The position numbers and the translations under genes were made by a program. Under the pieces are notes generated by a model. That model saw only the letters and a program-made list of their open reading frames with translations. It ran no database searches and had not been told where the DNA came from. Below, piece by piece: positions 1 to 9,338 of a stretch of DNA of 64,000 nt. This stretch comes from Candidatus Eiseniibacteriota bacterium (lineage in GTDB: Bacteria; Eisenbacteria; RBG-16-71-46; JABDJR01): contig CAWANH010000028.1 of NCBI GenBank assembly GCA_963783375.1, positions 1,312,001-1,376,000 on the forward strand, given 5' to 3'. How positions within the stretch are numbered: the stretch's first letter is position 1; the number at the start of each line of letters is the position of its first letter.

Positions 1-654
1 GATCAGGAGCCGGATCTCGGGGGTCCGGCGTCGCGCGGGCAGGGAAAGCAGGGCGAGAAGCGGCTTCACCGATCCCATGTAGCAGTTGAACGGGAGGGTG
101 GCGGCGTTGGGCTGGAAGTTCTCGCAGGGATAGAGCCCGTCCCCCTGCTGGCGACTCACCAGGAAGCCGATGGCCCGCTGGGCGCGCGCGTCGCCGGTGT
201 AGCCGAAGTGGATGAGAGCCTCCACGATCGCCCCGGTGAGGCAGGCCCATTGGCCGCCGATGGTGCCCCCACGCCGGAGGCTCCCCTCGTGGCTGAACCC
301 GCCGCCGTCCCGGCTCTGGGCGACCGAGAACAGGAACTCCACCGCCCGGTTGATCTCCGGCGTGCGCTCCCCGCCCAGCTGGGCGGCCAGGTAGAGTCGC
401 CAGGCCGTTCCGTAGTAATAGTCGTCGGCGTAGACCGTCGGCTCCTGCCATGCCCCGTTGGGCTTCTGGCCGGCCAGGAGCTTCTCCAATCGCGGGTGCC
501 GTGCGGCGGCGGCCCGGGCCTCGCGCACCGCGGGGTCGGTCTCGGGGCGCTCCCGGATCCAGGTCAGGGCGCGGTAGCGCACCATCGGGTCGTCCTGTTC
601 CAGAAGCCACCCGGTCGGGTCCTCGTTCATGCGGGCGAACCAGTTCGTGGCCAC
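1..654 (-). CDS. Prenyltransferase/squalene-oxidase-repeat (alpha/alpha toroid) family protein, 3' end outside window
   Basis: Not in the ORF track. Manual translation from GTG 654 (GGAAGGAG RBS upstream): MATNWFARMNEDPTGWLLEQDDPMVRYRAL...LAGQKPNGAW...AIGFLVSRQQGDG, with QxxxGxW-like repeats. Confidence 0.65.
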   Translation of the reverse strand, partial: MATNWFARMNEDPTGWLLEQDDPMVRYRALTWIRERPETDPAVREARAAAARHPRLEKLLAGQKPNGAWQEPTVYADDYYYGTAWRLYLAAQLGGERTPEINRAVEFLFSVAQSRDGGGFSHEGSLRRGGTIGGQWACLTGAIVEALIHFGYTGDARAQRAIGFLVSRQQGDGLYPCENFQPNAATLPFNCYMGSVKPLLALLSLPARRRTPEIRLLI

Positions 655-677
655 GGTGTCTCCTTCCGAAAACGGAA

Positions 678-1778
678 TCAGGCGGCGAAGAGGAGATCGA
701 CGCCCTCCCGATACCCTCGACTGCGGGTCTCGGGACGGATGAGGGAGCGGGCGCCGGGCGCTCCGACCGCCACCACCAGGGGGGCGCGGCCGGCCGGCTC
801 CAGCTCGGTCCAGGAATGCACGGGGGAGCCGAGCGTGCGGCCCCCGATTTTCCTCCGGTCCACCTCGTAGAAGCGGGTGACGTGAACGCCCCCGGCGGTC
901 AGGAGCCGGGCCAGGCGGCGACCGGTCCGGCCCGCTCCCCAGATCGCCGTCTCGCCGCCGGCCAGGACCCGGTGTCGGGCCAGGTAGTGCGCGCGGGCGG
1001 CCAGAAAGGCCCGCGGGTGGTACCGGGGAGAGGTGAGGGAAAGCCGGTCCGGGGTCTGTCGCCAGGCCAACAGCACCGCGTCGACCTTGGCCAGGTCCCA
1101 GCCCGCTTCCAGCAAGCGGAGCCACAGATCGTAGTCCTCGGCCCATTCGGTTTCCCGGTAGCCGCCCACCGCGGAGAGGGCCTCCGCGCGCATCAGCACC
1201 GACGGGTGGGCCAGGGGGGACTCCACGAAAACCTCCCGGGCGTGGTCTTCGGGCGTGGTGAGGCCGTTCAACCACCCCTGGTAGCGCCGCCAACCGGGTC
1301 CGAGGCTCCGCCGCGGAAACATGGCGACCCGCGATCCCACCGCCGCGGTCCGCGGGTGGGCGTCGAGGTGATCGGCCTGGCGGCGGAGCCGGTCGGGATG
1401 GCAGATGTCGTCGGCGTCGAATCGGGCGAGATAGGGCGCCTGGGTGGCCAGGCGGGCGGACTCCAGGGCGGCCACCAACCCGCGCCGGGCGCCGTCGAGG
1501 ATCCGGAGACGCGGCTCGTGCCGGGCGTTGGCCTCGAGGATCGCGAGGCTCCGGTCGGAGGAGCCGTCATCCACCGCCACGACCTCGAAGTCCGGGCGGG
1601 TCTGCCGCCACAGGGAGCGGAGGGCGCGGTCCAGGGTGGCCGCGGCGTCTCGGACGGGGAGGAGCACCGCGATGGCCGGGGGGGACGCGGGCCCGGAAGC
1701 CCCTTCCGCCGGGCCTCGTCTGGGGAGGTCCGGGGCGGCTCCGCGGCTCAAAGTGCGGGCGGGAGCATCCTTCCGCAT
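678..1778 (-). CDS. Glycosyltransferase family 2
   Basis: VLLPVRD, VAVDDGSSD, ARFDADD, AEDYDLWLR motifs; C-terminal IWGAGRTG Rossmann-like domain; start approximate. Confidence 0.9.
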   Translation of the reverse strand: MRKDAPARTLSRGAAPDLPRRGPAEGASGPASPPAIAVLLPVRDAAATLDRALRSLWRQTRPDFEVVAVDDGSSDRSLAILEANARHEPRLRILDGARRGLVAALESARLATQAPYLARFDADDICHPDRLRRQADHLDAHPRTAAVGSRVAMFPRRSLGPGWRRYQGWLNGLTTPEDHAREVFVESPLAHPSVLMRAEALSAVGGYRETEWAEDYDLWLRLLEAGWDLAKVDAVLLAWRQTPDRLSLTSPRYHPRAFLAARAHYLARHRVLAGGETAIWGAGRTGRRLARLLTAGGVHVTRFYEVDRRKIGGRTLGSPVHSWTELEPAGRAPLVVAVGAPGARSLIRPETRSRGYREGVDLLFAA

Positions 1779-2029
1779 GATCGCGCACTATAGCAGAGGC
1801 TCCCCGGCGGGGGGAGGGGTTGCGCATTTTGGGGCTCGCGGATATTCTAAACGGCATGTATGCAATGGCTTAGCCGTCGGGAGGGATCCCCGCGGCGGCC
1901 CCGGGGATCCGGTGGCCATGAAATCACGCGCGAACCCGGGTTATTCGTGAAACCTCCGGCCGGACGGCGAACCGGTTCGACGTCGCGACCGCGTGTTCAG
2001 GAACGACCCGGACCAAAGGAGAGCCGGCG

Positions 2030-2485
2030 ATGCTGCTCGACGTGGGCAAGAAGGCCCCCGCCTTCACGCTCAAGAACCAGGACGGAGAGAAGGTCTCGCT
2101 CAAGGACTTCGCGGGGAGGAAGGTGGTGCTCTACTTCTACCCCCGGGACATGACCCCGGGGTGCACCCGCGAAGCCCAGGGATTCCAGGCCATGCTGGGC
2201 CGGTTCCGGAAGAAGGGCGCCGCGGTGATCGGGGTCAGCAAGGACTCGCCGGAGAGCCACCGCAAGTTCTGCGACAGGTACGATCTCGAGTTCACGTTGC
2301 TCTCCGACCCCGAAGGAACCGTTCTGGAAAAGTACGGGGTCTGGCAGGAAAAGAACATGTACGGGAAGAAGAGCATGGGGGTCGTCCGCACCACCTACGT
2401 GATCGACGAGCGCGGGGAAGTCCAGATCGTGTTTCCGCGGGTCAAGGTGGACGGCCACGCGGACAAGGTGCTGGAGGCGTTGTGA
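2030..2485 (+). CDS. bcp: Thioredoxin-dependent peroxiredoxin (BCP/PrxQ)
   Basis: VVLYFYPRDMTPGCTREA, GVSKDSPESHRKF, RTTYVIDE; AGGAG RBS. Confidence 0.95.
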   Translation: MLLDVGKKAPAFTLKNQDGEKVSLKDFAGRKVVLYFYPRDMTPGCTREAQGFQAMLGRFRKKGAAVIGVSKDSPESHRKFCDRYDLEFTLLSDPEGTVLEKYGVWQEKNMYGKKSMGVVRTTYVIDERGEVQIVFPRVKVDGHADKVLEAL

Positions 2486-3027
2486 GGCCGAAGGGGTTCG
2501 AGCCGCGGGACGTCGACTCCGGGAGCGGGAAGGGGGCGGATCGTTCCCGGGGGGGCCGGGGCTCGCGGGGTGGGCGGGGATCGCGTACCGAGCAGGGATC
2601 GCGGCGCGAGCGGGGTTTGAAGGTCGTGCCGGGCACGCGGGGCCCGCAGGGTCCCGTGCCCCCGGTCCGCCGGATCATCTGGTTGGCCTTCATGGCCGCG
2701 GTGCTCATGTACGCCGCGGTGGGCTACGCCATGGTGAAGCAGGCCGAGACCCCGGTCGCTGCGATCCCCGGCTGGCTGTTCCCCGCCCTGGGGGTGGCGC
2801 TGGCCGCCGCCGCGATCTTCATCCCCGGCCTCCTGGCCGGGAACGCCCCGACCGCGCGCGACGGGGTGGTGCTCATCACCTCGGCGGAGCTGGTGGCCTG
2901 GGCCCTGGACGAGGCGGTCGCCCTGGTCGGGCTGGTGGCGGTCCTGGTGGGACGGAGCTTTTCCGGCTCGTTGCTCTATTTCCTCGCGTCCTGGGTGTTG
3001 CTCTGGATCCACCGGCCGCGGAGCTGA
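2482..3027 (+). CDS. Hypothetical membrane protein (about 4 TM)
   Basis: Hydrophobic helices in the C-terminal part of ORF 1993..3027; GTG overlaps the bcp stop (GTGA); true start may be further downstream. Confidence 0.6.
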   Translation: MRPKGFEPRDVDSGSGKGADRSRGGRGSRGGRGSRTEQGSRRERGLKVVPGTRGPQGPVPPVRRIIWLAFMAAVLMYAAVGYAMVKQAETPVAAIPGWLFPALGVALAAAAIFIPGLLAGNAPTARDGVVLITSAELVAWALDEAVALVGLVAVLVGRSFSGSLLYFLASWVLLWIHRPRS

Positions 3028-3122
3028 AGGGAGGCGCTCTTCCCGCCTACCGGGCGCCTCTCCGAAGTCTTCGGCCGGGAATCGACCGCGGGGCGATTCG
3101 TGGACCGTTCGAGCCGGCGGCG

Positions 3123-3473
3123 TCAGGGGGTTTCGGCGGGCGGGGCGTAGCGGCGGCGGAGCCTCGGGAGGAAGAGCGCCGAGGCCGAGAGCAACGTGAA
3201 GAGCGCCACTCCCCCCAGGATCGCCACCAGGCGAAGCCACGGCTCCCCCAGCGCCCGCCGTTCCGCCGTGAACACGAACAGCGTCCGCACCCACTCCGCC
3301 GCGCCCAGAACCAGGACGATCTGCACCGCGCGCGCCGCCCAACGCCGCCGGATGAGGAGGAGAAAGGGGAAGAGGAGGCTTGCCGCCACCAGCTCGTAGC
3401 GCCCGGCGCGGAGGAAATGGGCGGCGAGAACGAGCGCGCTCAGGAAGATGGGGACGAGCGTGACGACGATCAT
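3123..3473 (-). CDS. Small hypothetical membrane protein
   Basis: MIVVTLVPIFLSALVLAAHFLRAG...WLRLVAILGGVA, about 4 TM; GAGGAG RBS. Confidence 0.8.
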   Translation of the reverse strand: MIVVTLVPIFLSALVLAAHFLRAGRYELVAASLLFPFLLLIRRRWAARAVQIVLVLGAAEWVRTLFVFTAERRALGEPWLRLVAILGGVALFTLLSASALFLPRLRRRYAPPAETP

Positions 3474-3746
3474 GGGGTTCTCCTCGGGCGGCTTGGGGTG
3501 CGCCATCCCCCTGGGGGGTGGCGGGGGCGAGTATATCCCGGCGGCCCGGGGCGGGGCCCGTGGTCCGGGGGGGGCGGCATTTCCGCCGCCGCCGTCCCGC
3601 GTCGCTGAAGCCCTTGGCCGGGAGGAGGTTGGGGGGGGCGCCGAGGTCTCGGAGGGTCGGGCCTCGAAGCCCAGGTGCCGCGTAACGTGTTGTATGGCTT
3701 GGATTTTTGGCCCCACCTCTTGTGTCCTGCCGCCACCGGGCGTAAC

Positions 3747-3762
3747 CTACTCATGTGTTTGG
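3747..3762. promoter_or_regulatory. Candidate LexA-type (SOS) operator upstream of the small protein-PolY operon
   Basis: CTACTC-ATGT-GTTTGG; shares the CYAAAC/GTTTRG half-site with the site upstream of dnaE2. Confidence 0.4.
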
Positions 3763-3817
3763 ATAACAAGTGATGAGTTGTCACCGGTGCGTGGAGGGCG
3801 GCCGGGAGGAGGCGGCC

Positions 3818-4072
3818 ATGCGGCTGGAGCGTTTGGACGAGGCGGTCAAGGTGCGGGCGGACTTCCAGGGGGGGAAAGTCACGCCGCTGCTCATCAAACG
3901 GGGGGCGCGGGAGATCAGGGTGGCGCGGGTGACCGCGCGTTGGGACGACCGGCGCGGGGCCCACAAGGTCCACTACTTTTCGGTGCAGGCGAATTCGGGG
4001 GACGTATATCAGCTCGAATTTTCGAGCGGAGACCTGTTGTGGAAGCTCGACTCGGTGATGCTGGAGGGGTGA
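3818..4072 (+). CDS. Small beta-rich protein coupled to DNA polymerase Y (DUF6504/ImuB C-terminal-like)
   Basis: ATG 3818 with GGAGG RBS; ...VTARWDD...HYFSVQANSGDVYQLEF...LWKLD; its stop overlaps the next ATG (TGATG). Confidence 0.75.
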   Translation: MRLERLDEAVKVRADFQGGKVTPLLIKRGAREIRVARVTARWDDRRGAHKVHYFSVQANSGDVYQLEFSSGDLLWKLDSVMLEG

Positions 4073-5340
4073 TGCCGGAGGCGGGCGACCGGAGCGCGGA
4101 GGGGGTCGAGGGACGGTTCGCGGATGACGCGGGCGACGAGCGCACCGTGCTCCACGTGGACCTCGACGCCTTCTTCGCCTCGGTGGAGCAGCTCCGCTAT
4201 CCTCAGCTCCGGGGAAAGCCGGTCATCGTGGGGAACGGGGTCATCGCGTCCTGCTCCTACGAGGCGCGGCGCTTCGGCTGCTACGCGGGCCAACCCTTGA
4301 GCGAGGCCCGGCGCGTCTGCCCGGGGGTGGCGATCCTGGACGGCTCCGAGGCGGTCTACCGCGCCTTCGCCGAGAAGACCTTCGCGGTATGCGCCGATCT
4401 CTCGCCGGCCATGGAGACGTTCCTGGACGAGGCGTTCCTGGAGCTCACCGGAACCGAGCGCCTCCACGGCGATCTCCGGCAACGCGGGGCGGCGCTCAAG
4501 CGCCGGGTGCTCGAAGAGGTGGGTCTCCCGGTCACGGTGGGGCTCGGCCCCAACCGCATGCTGGCCAAGATCGCCAGCAAGTCGGTGAAGCCGGACGGGC
4601 TCCGCTGGATCCGGGCCGGCGAGGTGGAGAAGGTCCTGCCCGCCCTTCCCATCGACCGGCTTCCCGGGGTTGGGTTTCGGGTGGGGCGCGAACTGCGAAA
4701 GCTCAACGTCCGCACCATCGGCGAACTCCGCGCCTTTTCGTCCGAAGTCCTGGAACGCATGTTCGGGGCGTCGGGACGGGCCATCTACGAGCGATGCCGC
4801 GGCCGCGACACCCGTCCGGTGGAGGCGCGCGAGGTGCCGCATTCGGTGAGCCGCGAAACGGCTTTCCACCGGCCGGTGACCGATCCCGCGGAGATGGAGG
4901 GGATGCTGTATTACCTCCTGGAGCGGGCGGTCCGCCATGCGCGGGGGCTCGGGCTTTCCGCGCGGACGATCCAGGTTTGGATCGACTACGAGGACTCGGG
5001 GCGGGCGGCGGCCGCCCGGAGCCTGTCGGCGCCGTCCGACCAGGACGCGGTGTTCTTCGAGCGAGCGCGGGCGTTGTTGGCGGCGCTCCACGTCCGTCGC
5101 GAGGCGGTGCGGCGGGTCGGGACCGCGCTCTCGCGCTTCTCGGCCGACGCCGCCCACCAGAGCGAGCTCTTCGAGGCGGGGGCGGACCTGGAGCGCGAAA
5201 AGCTCTACCGGAGTCTCGACCGGGTGCGTTCGCGCTTCGGGCATGCGTCGGTGGTGGCGGGGCCGTCGGTGAGGTTGTTGGGCCGGCTCGAGCAGGACCG
5301 GAACGGGTTCGTTCTGCGGACGCCGTCGCTGACGAAGTAG
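4072..5340 (+). CDS. dinB: Y-family DNA polymerase (Pol IV/DinB-like)
   Basis: LHVDLDAFFASVEQ, SYEARRFG, FLDEAFL, NRMLAKIAS..KPDG; clamp-like QSELF; C-terminal LDRVRSRFG motif. Confidence 0.93.
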   Translation: MPEAGDRSAEGVEGRFADDAGDERTVLHVDLDAFFASVEQLRYPQLRGKPVIVGNGVIASCSYEARRFGCYAGQPLSEARRVCPGVAILDGSEAVYRAFAEKTFAVCADLSPAMETFLDEAFLELTGTERLHGDLRQRGAALKRRVLEEVGLPVTVGLGPNRMLAKIASKSVKPDGLRWIRAGEVEKVLPALPIDRLPGVGFRVGRELRKLNVRTIGELRAFSSEVLERMFGASGRAIYERCRGRDTRPVEAREVPHSVSRETAFHRPVTDPAEMEGMLYYLLERAVRHARGLGLSARTIQVWIDYEDSGRAAAARSLSAPSDQDAVFFERARALLAALHVRREAVRRVGTALSRFSADAAHQSELFEAGADLEREKLYRSLDRVRSRFGHASVVAGPSVRLLGRLEQDRNGFVLRTPSLTK

Positions 5341-5420
5341 GGGGCGCGGGGGGGGGCGTGATTGCCGGGATGCGGTCGAGTGGGGGCGCGCGAGTCTGCG
5401 CGGGCGCGCCGAGGGCGTGG

Positions 5421-5827
5421 TTGCGGACCATGTTCACCCGGGTGAATACGTGGCGCGGGGTATTTATTGCGAACATTGCTTCCCCGGGGAAGCACGGGCA
5501 TGTATTCCAGCGCCGACGCCCGGCCGCGTGCCATGTCGCCGGGCGGAATCGGCGGCCGCGTCGTGATAAGGACCTTGTCGCGAACATTGCTTCCCCGGGG
5601 AAGCACGGCCGGGGCTTTATTGCAAACATTTTGCACCCGGGTGCAACTCTGCGTCCGCGGGGAAGTGCGAACCGTGCCGGTCCGTTGCTCGATGACGAAA
5701 CGTCCGTAGGGGCTTGTTCGCACCGCGCCCGCTACGAGTTCTCTGTCGCGTACCTTGTGCACCCGGGGGAACACGCGGGGTATGCTGCGGCCCTGTGTCT
5801 GCGAGCAGGGTGAACCCGGGTGCAACT
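5421..5827. repeat. Six degenerate 29-bp direct repeats, each ending in a CCCGGG/CCGG-centred palindrome, arranged as three pairs
   Basis: Copies start at 5421, 5467, 5578, 5620, 5746 and 5799, e.g. TTGCGAACATTGCTTCCCCGGGGAAGCAC. Confidence 0.85.
5705..5736. repeat. GTAG-type REP-like palindrome
   Basis: CGTAGGGGC-TTGTTCGCACCGC-GCCCGCTACG; its core also pairs with GTGCGAACCGTGCC at about 5666-5679. Confidence 0.5.
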
Positions 5828-5860
5828 CCACGGGAGAGGCGAAATCCTGCCGGCGCGGCG

Positions 5861-6769
5861 CTACCTCAGCAGATCCGTGAGCGCCGCCCCCAGATCCGGA
5901 AACCGGAACGCAAATCCCAGCCCGCGGGCCTTCATCGGCACCAGGCGCTGGCTCACCAGCGCGGTCTCCTCGGCCATCTGGCCCAGGGCGAGCTTCATGG
6001 CGAAGGCGGGAACGCGAAACAGCGCCGGCCGGCCAAGGGTCGATGCGAGCTCCCGGGTGAACGTCTCGTTTCGGACCGGGTTAGGCGAGGACACGTTCAG
6101 GGGTCCCCGGACCGCCTCGCGGTCCAGGGCCATGAGGATCATCTCCACCCAGTCCTCGATATGGATCCAGGGAAGCCATTGCCGGCCGTCACCGAGCTTC
6201 CCCCCCAGACCGAGCTTGAAGAGCGGCAAGAGCGGTTTCAGGAACCCCTCGCCCGGAGCGAGCACGGGGGGGATGCGAAGCAGCACCACCCGCACCCCCA
6301 ATTCCCCGGCCGCCCGGGCCTCGGTCTCCCAGGCCTCGCAGAGGCGGGCCAGGAAGCCGGTCCCCGACGCGGCGTCCTCGGTCAGCTCCTCGTCCCCGCG
6401 CGTGCCGTAATAGCCCGAGGCCGAGCCGGAGAGGAGGACGGCCGGGCGCTTGGCCGCGTCACGAAATCCGGTCACCACGTGCTCGGTCCCCCGAACGCGC
6501 GAGGCCACGATCCGTTGCTTGCGGTCCTCGGTCCAGTACCCGATCAGGCTCTCGCCGACCAGGTTCACCACCGCGTCCAGGGTTTCCACCGTCGCGGCGG
6601 GGAAGGGCTCCACGCCGGGCCGCCAGCGCTCGAAGCGGATGGGGGAGGACGGCGTCGCATGGCGCTCGGGATTGCGGGAGAACACGGTCACCGTGTCTCC
6701 CCGCCCCACGAGGCGATCGGTCAACCGGCTCCCCAGAAGCCCCGTCCCGCCGGTGATGCCGATTCGCAT
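5861..6769 (-). CDS. TIGR01777/YfcH-family NAD-dependent epimerase-like oxidoreductase
   Basis: MRIGITGGTGLLG, VVNLVGE, SGSASGYYG, LGDGRQWLPWIHIED, GFAFRFPDL; AAGGAGG RBS. Confidence 0.93.
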   Translation of the reverse strand: MRIGITGGTGLLGSRLTDRLVGRGDTVTVFSRNPERHATPSSPIRFERWRPGVEPFPAATVETLDAVVNLVGESLIGYWTEDRKQRIVASRVRGTEHVVTGFRDAAKRPAVLLSGSASGYYGTRGDEELTEDAASGTGFLARLCEAWETEARAAGELGVRVVLLRIPPVLAPGEGFLKPLLPLFKLGLGGKLGDGRQWLPWIHIEDWVEMILMALDREAVRGPLNVSSPNPVRNETFTRELASTLGRPALFRVPAFAMKLALGQMAEETALVSQRLVPMKARGLGFAFRFPDLGAALTDLLR

Positions 6770-6850
6770 GGTCCCTCCTTGGCGGGCAAGCGTCGCCGGG
6801 GATGTTCGCCGACGTCGCCGCGCCTTCACCGTCCAGCATGGGGAACGCTC

Positions 6851-6945
6851 CTCGCGCGGTCAACCGGCCGGGCAGGTGCTTCACCGGCCCGTCGCGCGGT
6901 CAACCAAGTGAGCAAGCGCCTCACCGGCTTGTCGCGCGGTCAACC
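6851..6945. repeat. Three copies of TCGCGCGGTCAACC at an exact 40-bp period
   Basis: Copies at about 6852, 6892 and 6932; TCACCGGC precedes copies 2 and 3. Confidence 0.75.
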
Positions 6946-7177
6946 GGGGGCCGCGAACCGCCCATCGGCCCGCCCAACGGCCAACCGGGGCCGCGGACCC
7001 GCCCGCGCCGCTTCCCCAACCGCACCCTCGCCGGGTTAGAATGCGGATGCCCGCCGTCCCGGCCTCGGGCGGATGTCGCCGAAGGCCGGGGGCGGTGGGA
7101 CGCGGTCCCCCCGCAACCGGAACTCGAGCGGACCGTGCTCGACGCGGCTTCCCCCGCCGCCAACCGGAGGAGGTCCC

Positions 7178-9208
7178 ATGACCCGGGAAGACGCCCCCGA
7201 CGCCGACCGCGATCACCCCGCCGACGAATCCGCCCCGGTCGACGCCGGCCTCGATCGCCGCGCCCGTGAGTCCATCCTGGCCAACGCCAAGCTGGGGATC
7301 CGCGCTCCCGAGTTCGGCCTCGATCAGACCTGGCTCAACGTGGACCGGCCGCTCTCCCTCCGGAACGACCTCGCCGGGAGGGTCGTGGTGATCGACTTCT
7401 GGACCTTCTGCTGCATCAACTGCATGCACGTGCTTCCCACCCTGGCCAGCCTGGAGCGCCGCTTCGCGGACCGGCCGTTCACGGTGGTGGGGTGCCACTC
7501 GGCCAAGTTCGCGAACGAGACCGACGTCGATCAGATCCGCCAGGCCGTGCTCCGCTACGACATCGTGCACCCGGTGGTGGTGGACCGCGAATTCGGGATC
7601 TGGCGGAACTACGCGGTTCGGGCCTGGCCGACCCTGATGCTGGTGAGCCCCGACGGCCGGCTCCTGGCCCAGATCGCCGGCGAGCCCGCGCCCGAAGTCC
7701 TGGATGCCCTGGTGGGGCAGGCGCTGGAGATCTACGCCGCCGAAGGGAATCTCGACCCGCGCCCGCTCCCGCTCCGACCCGAGAGCTCCCGCGAGTTTCC
7801 ACGGGAACTCGCCTACCCGGGGAAGGTGGCGGTCGAACCCGCCGGCGACCGCATCCTGATCGCGGACACCGGGCACCACCGCATCGTCGAAACCACGGGC
7901 GCGGGCGCCTTCCTTCGCGCCTTCGGCTCCGGTGAGCCGGGCCTCGCCGACGGCCCCGCCGACCGCGCCCGCTTCCGCGCCCCCCAGGGCATGGCGTTCC
8001 ACGACGGCGCGCTCCTGGTCGCCGACACCGGGAACCACGCCGTCCGGCGGGTGGATCTTGCGACCGGCGAGGTCACGACCCTGACCGGCACCGGGGAGCA
8101 GGGGCACGCCCGGGAAGGGCGGTTCGCGGGACGCGAGGCGGCGCTCAACTCGCCCTGGGACCTCGCGGTCCGCGATCACGAAGCCCTCATCGCCATGGCC
8201 GGGGCGCACCAGATCTGGCGGCTCGACCTCAACACGAACGAGATCGGCCCCCTGGCCGGGGACGGGAGCGAACGGAAGGCCGACGGCCCCTTCGAGCACG
8301 CGGCCTTCGCCCAGCCGTCGGGGCTGGCCCTGGTGGGCACGAACCTGTACGTGGTCGATTCCGAGTCGAGCTCGATCCGGACGGTGAATCTGGTCGAACG
8401 CACCGTGACCACCCTGGCCGGTGGGAACGACGACCCCCGCGACCTGTTCTTCTTCGGCGACGAGGCGGGTCGCGGCTACGGCCGCCGGTTCCAGCATCCG
8501 CTGGGGATCGCCGCCCACGCCGGGTGCCTGTTCGTCGCCGACAGCTACAACCACAAGCTCAAGACGGTGGACCCGTCGCGCGGCGCGGTGCGTGCGCTAT
8601 CCGGGACCGGGCGGCCGGGGACGAACGACGGGCCGGGAAACGCGGCCTCATTCGGCGAGCCGGGCGGCCTGGCCGCGCTCGGTGACCGGTTGCTGGTCGC
8701 CGACACCAACAACCACCGCATCCGGATCGTGAACCCCAAGACCGGCGCGGCGGAGACGCTGATCCTCACCGGCGTGGCCATCCCCACCGCGCGGGTGGCC
8801 GGATCGGGGAGTGAACCGGACGCCGGGCCGCTACCCGAGCTTCCCGGCGCCGTCCGCCTCACCCCCGGATCGGCGCGGCTCGCTCCCGGGGACGCGATCC
8901 TGGTGGTGCGGGTACTCCTTCCCCCGGGCGAGAAGACGGTGGCGGACGCCCCGTCCCAGGTGCGCGTCTTCTCCGAGACCCCGGCGATCCGCGTCTCCGC
9001 TACATCCGCGCGTTTCGAAGGCGCCGAAGCCCGCGTCCGGATCGGAGTCGACGGTCCCGGAACCCTCACCGTCCAGGCCCTGGTCTATCACTGCGGGGAC
9101 GGCGACACCTGCACGGTATCGTCGGTGCGATGGGACCTCGTGGTGGAGACCGACCCCGCCGGCGGGCACGAACTCGCGCTCACCCACACCGTCGATCCGG
9201 ACGCCTGA
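7178..9208 (+). CDS. Thioredoxin-like + NHL-repeat beta-propeller protein (NHLRC2-like)
   Basis: DFWTFCCINCMH, HSAKF, AWPTL; repeated ADTGHHRI/ADSYNHK NHL motifs; GGAGG RBS. Confidence 0.92.
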   Translation: MTREDAPDADRDHPADESAPVDAGLDRRARESILANAKLGIRAPEFGLDQTWLNVDRPLSLRNDLAGRVVVIDFWTFCCINCMHVLPTLASLERRFADRPFTVVGCHSAKFANETDVDQIRQAVLRYDIVHPVVVDREFGIWRNYAVRAWPTLMLVSPDGRLLAQIAGEPAPEVLDALVGQALEIYAAEGNLDPRPLPLRPESSREFPRELAYPGKVAVEPAGDRILIADTGHHRIVETTGAGAFLRAFGSGEPGLADGPADRARFRAPQGMAFHDGALLVADTGNHAVRRVDLATGEVTTLTGTGEQGHAREGRFAGREAALNSPWDLAVRDHEALIAMAGAHQIWRLDLNTNEIGPLAGDGSERKADGPFEHAAFAQPSGLALVGTNLYVVDSESSSIRTVNLVERTVTTLAGGNDDPRDLFFFGDEAGRGYGRRFQHPLGIAAHAGCLFVADSYNHKLKTVDPSRGAVRALSGTGRPGTNDGPGNAASFGEPGGLAALGDRLLVADTNNHRIRIVNPKTGAAETLILTGVAIPTARVAGSGSEPDAGPLPELPGAVRLTPGSARLAPGDAILVVRVLLPPGEKTVADAPSQVRVFSETPAIRVSATSARFEGAEARVRIGVDGPGTLTVQALVYHCGDGDTCTVSSVRWDLVVETDPAGGHELALTHTVDPDA

Positions 9209-9338
9209 ACGGACGGCGGGCGGCCTTGACCCGGCCGGGGGCGACGGCGGGCGAACGTGCGAGGGAGGGGCCGACCGGGGGCGACGGCGGGCGGGCTTCC
9301 GGAGGATCGCGCGGGCGGGGGCGGGTGAGTCCGGCCGG

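Noticed and set aside
2530-2620. Short 18-bp-period GC-rich repeats (RGSRGG peptide)
   Set aside because: Low-complexity sequence with no evidence of function
5421-5827. CRISPR array interpretation of the 29-bp repeats
   Set aside because: The repeats are too divergent, spacers alternate between about 13-24 and 82-97 bp, and no cas genes are in the window
5205-5831. 208-aa minus-strand ORF with repeated LPRGSNVR peptides
   Set aside because: The peptide repeats simply reflect the DNA repeats; the ORF overlaps dinB antisense and has no recognisable domain
9210-9300. Repeated GACGGCGGGCG motifs between convergent genes
   Set aside because: Short and GC-rich; plausible by chance or part of a terminator region
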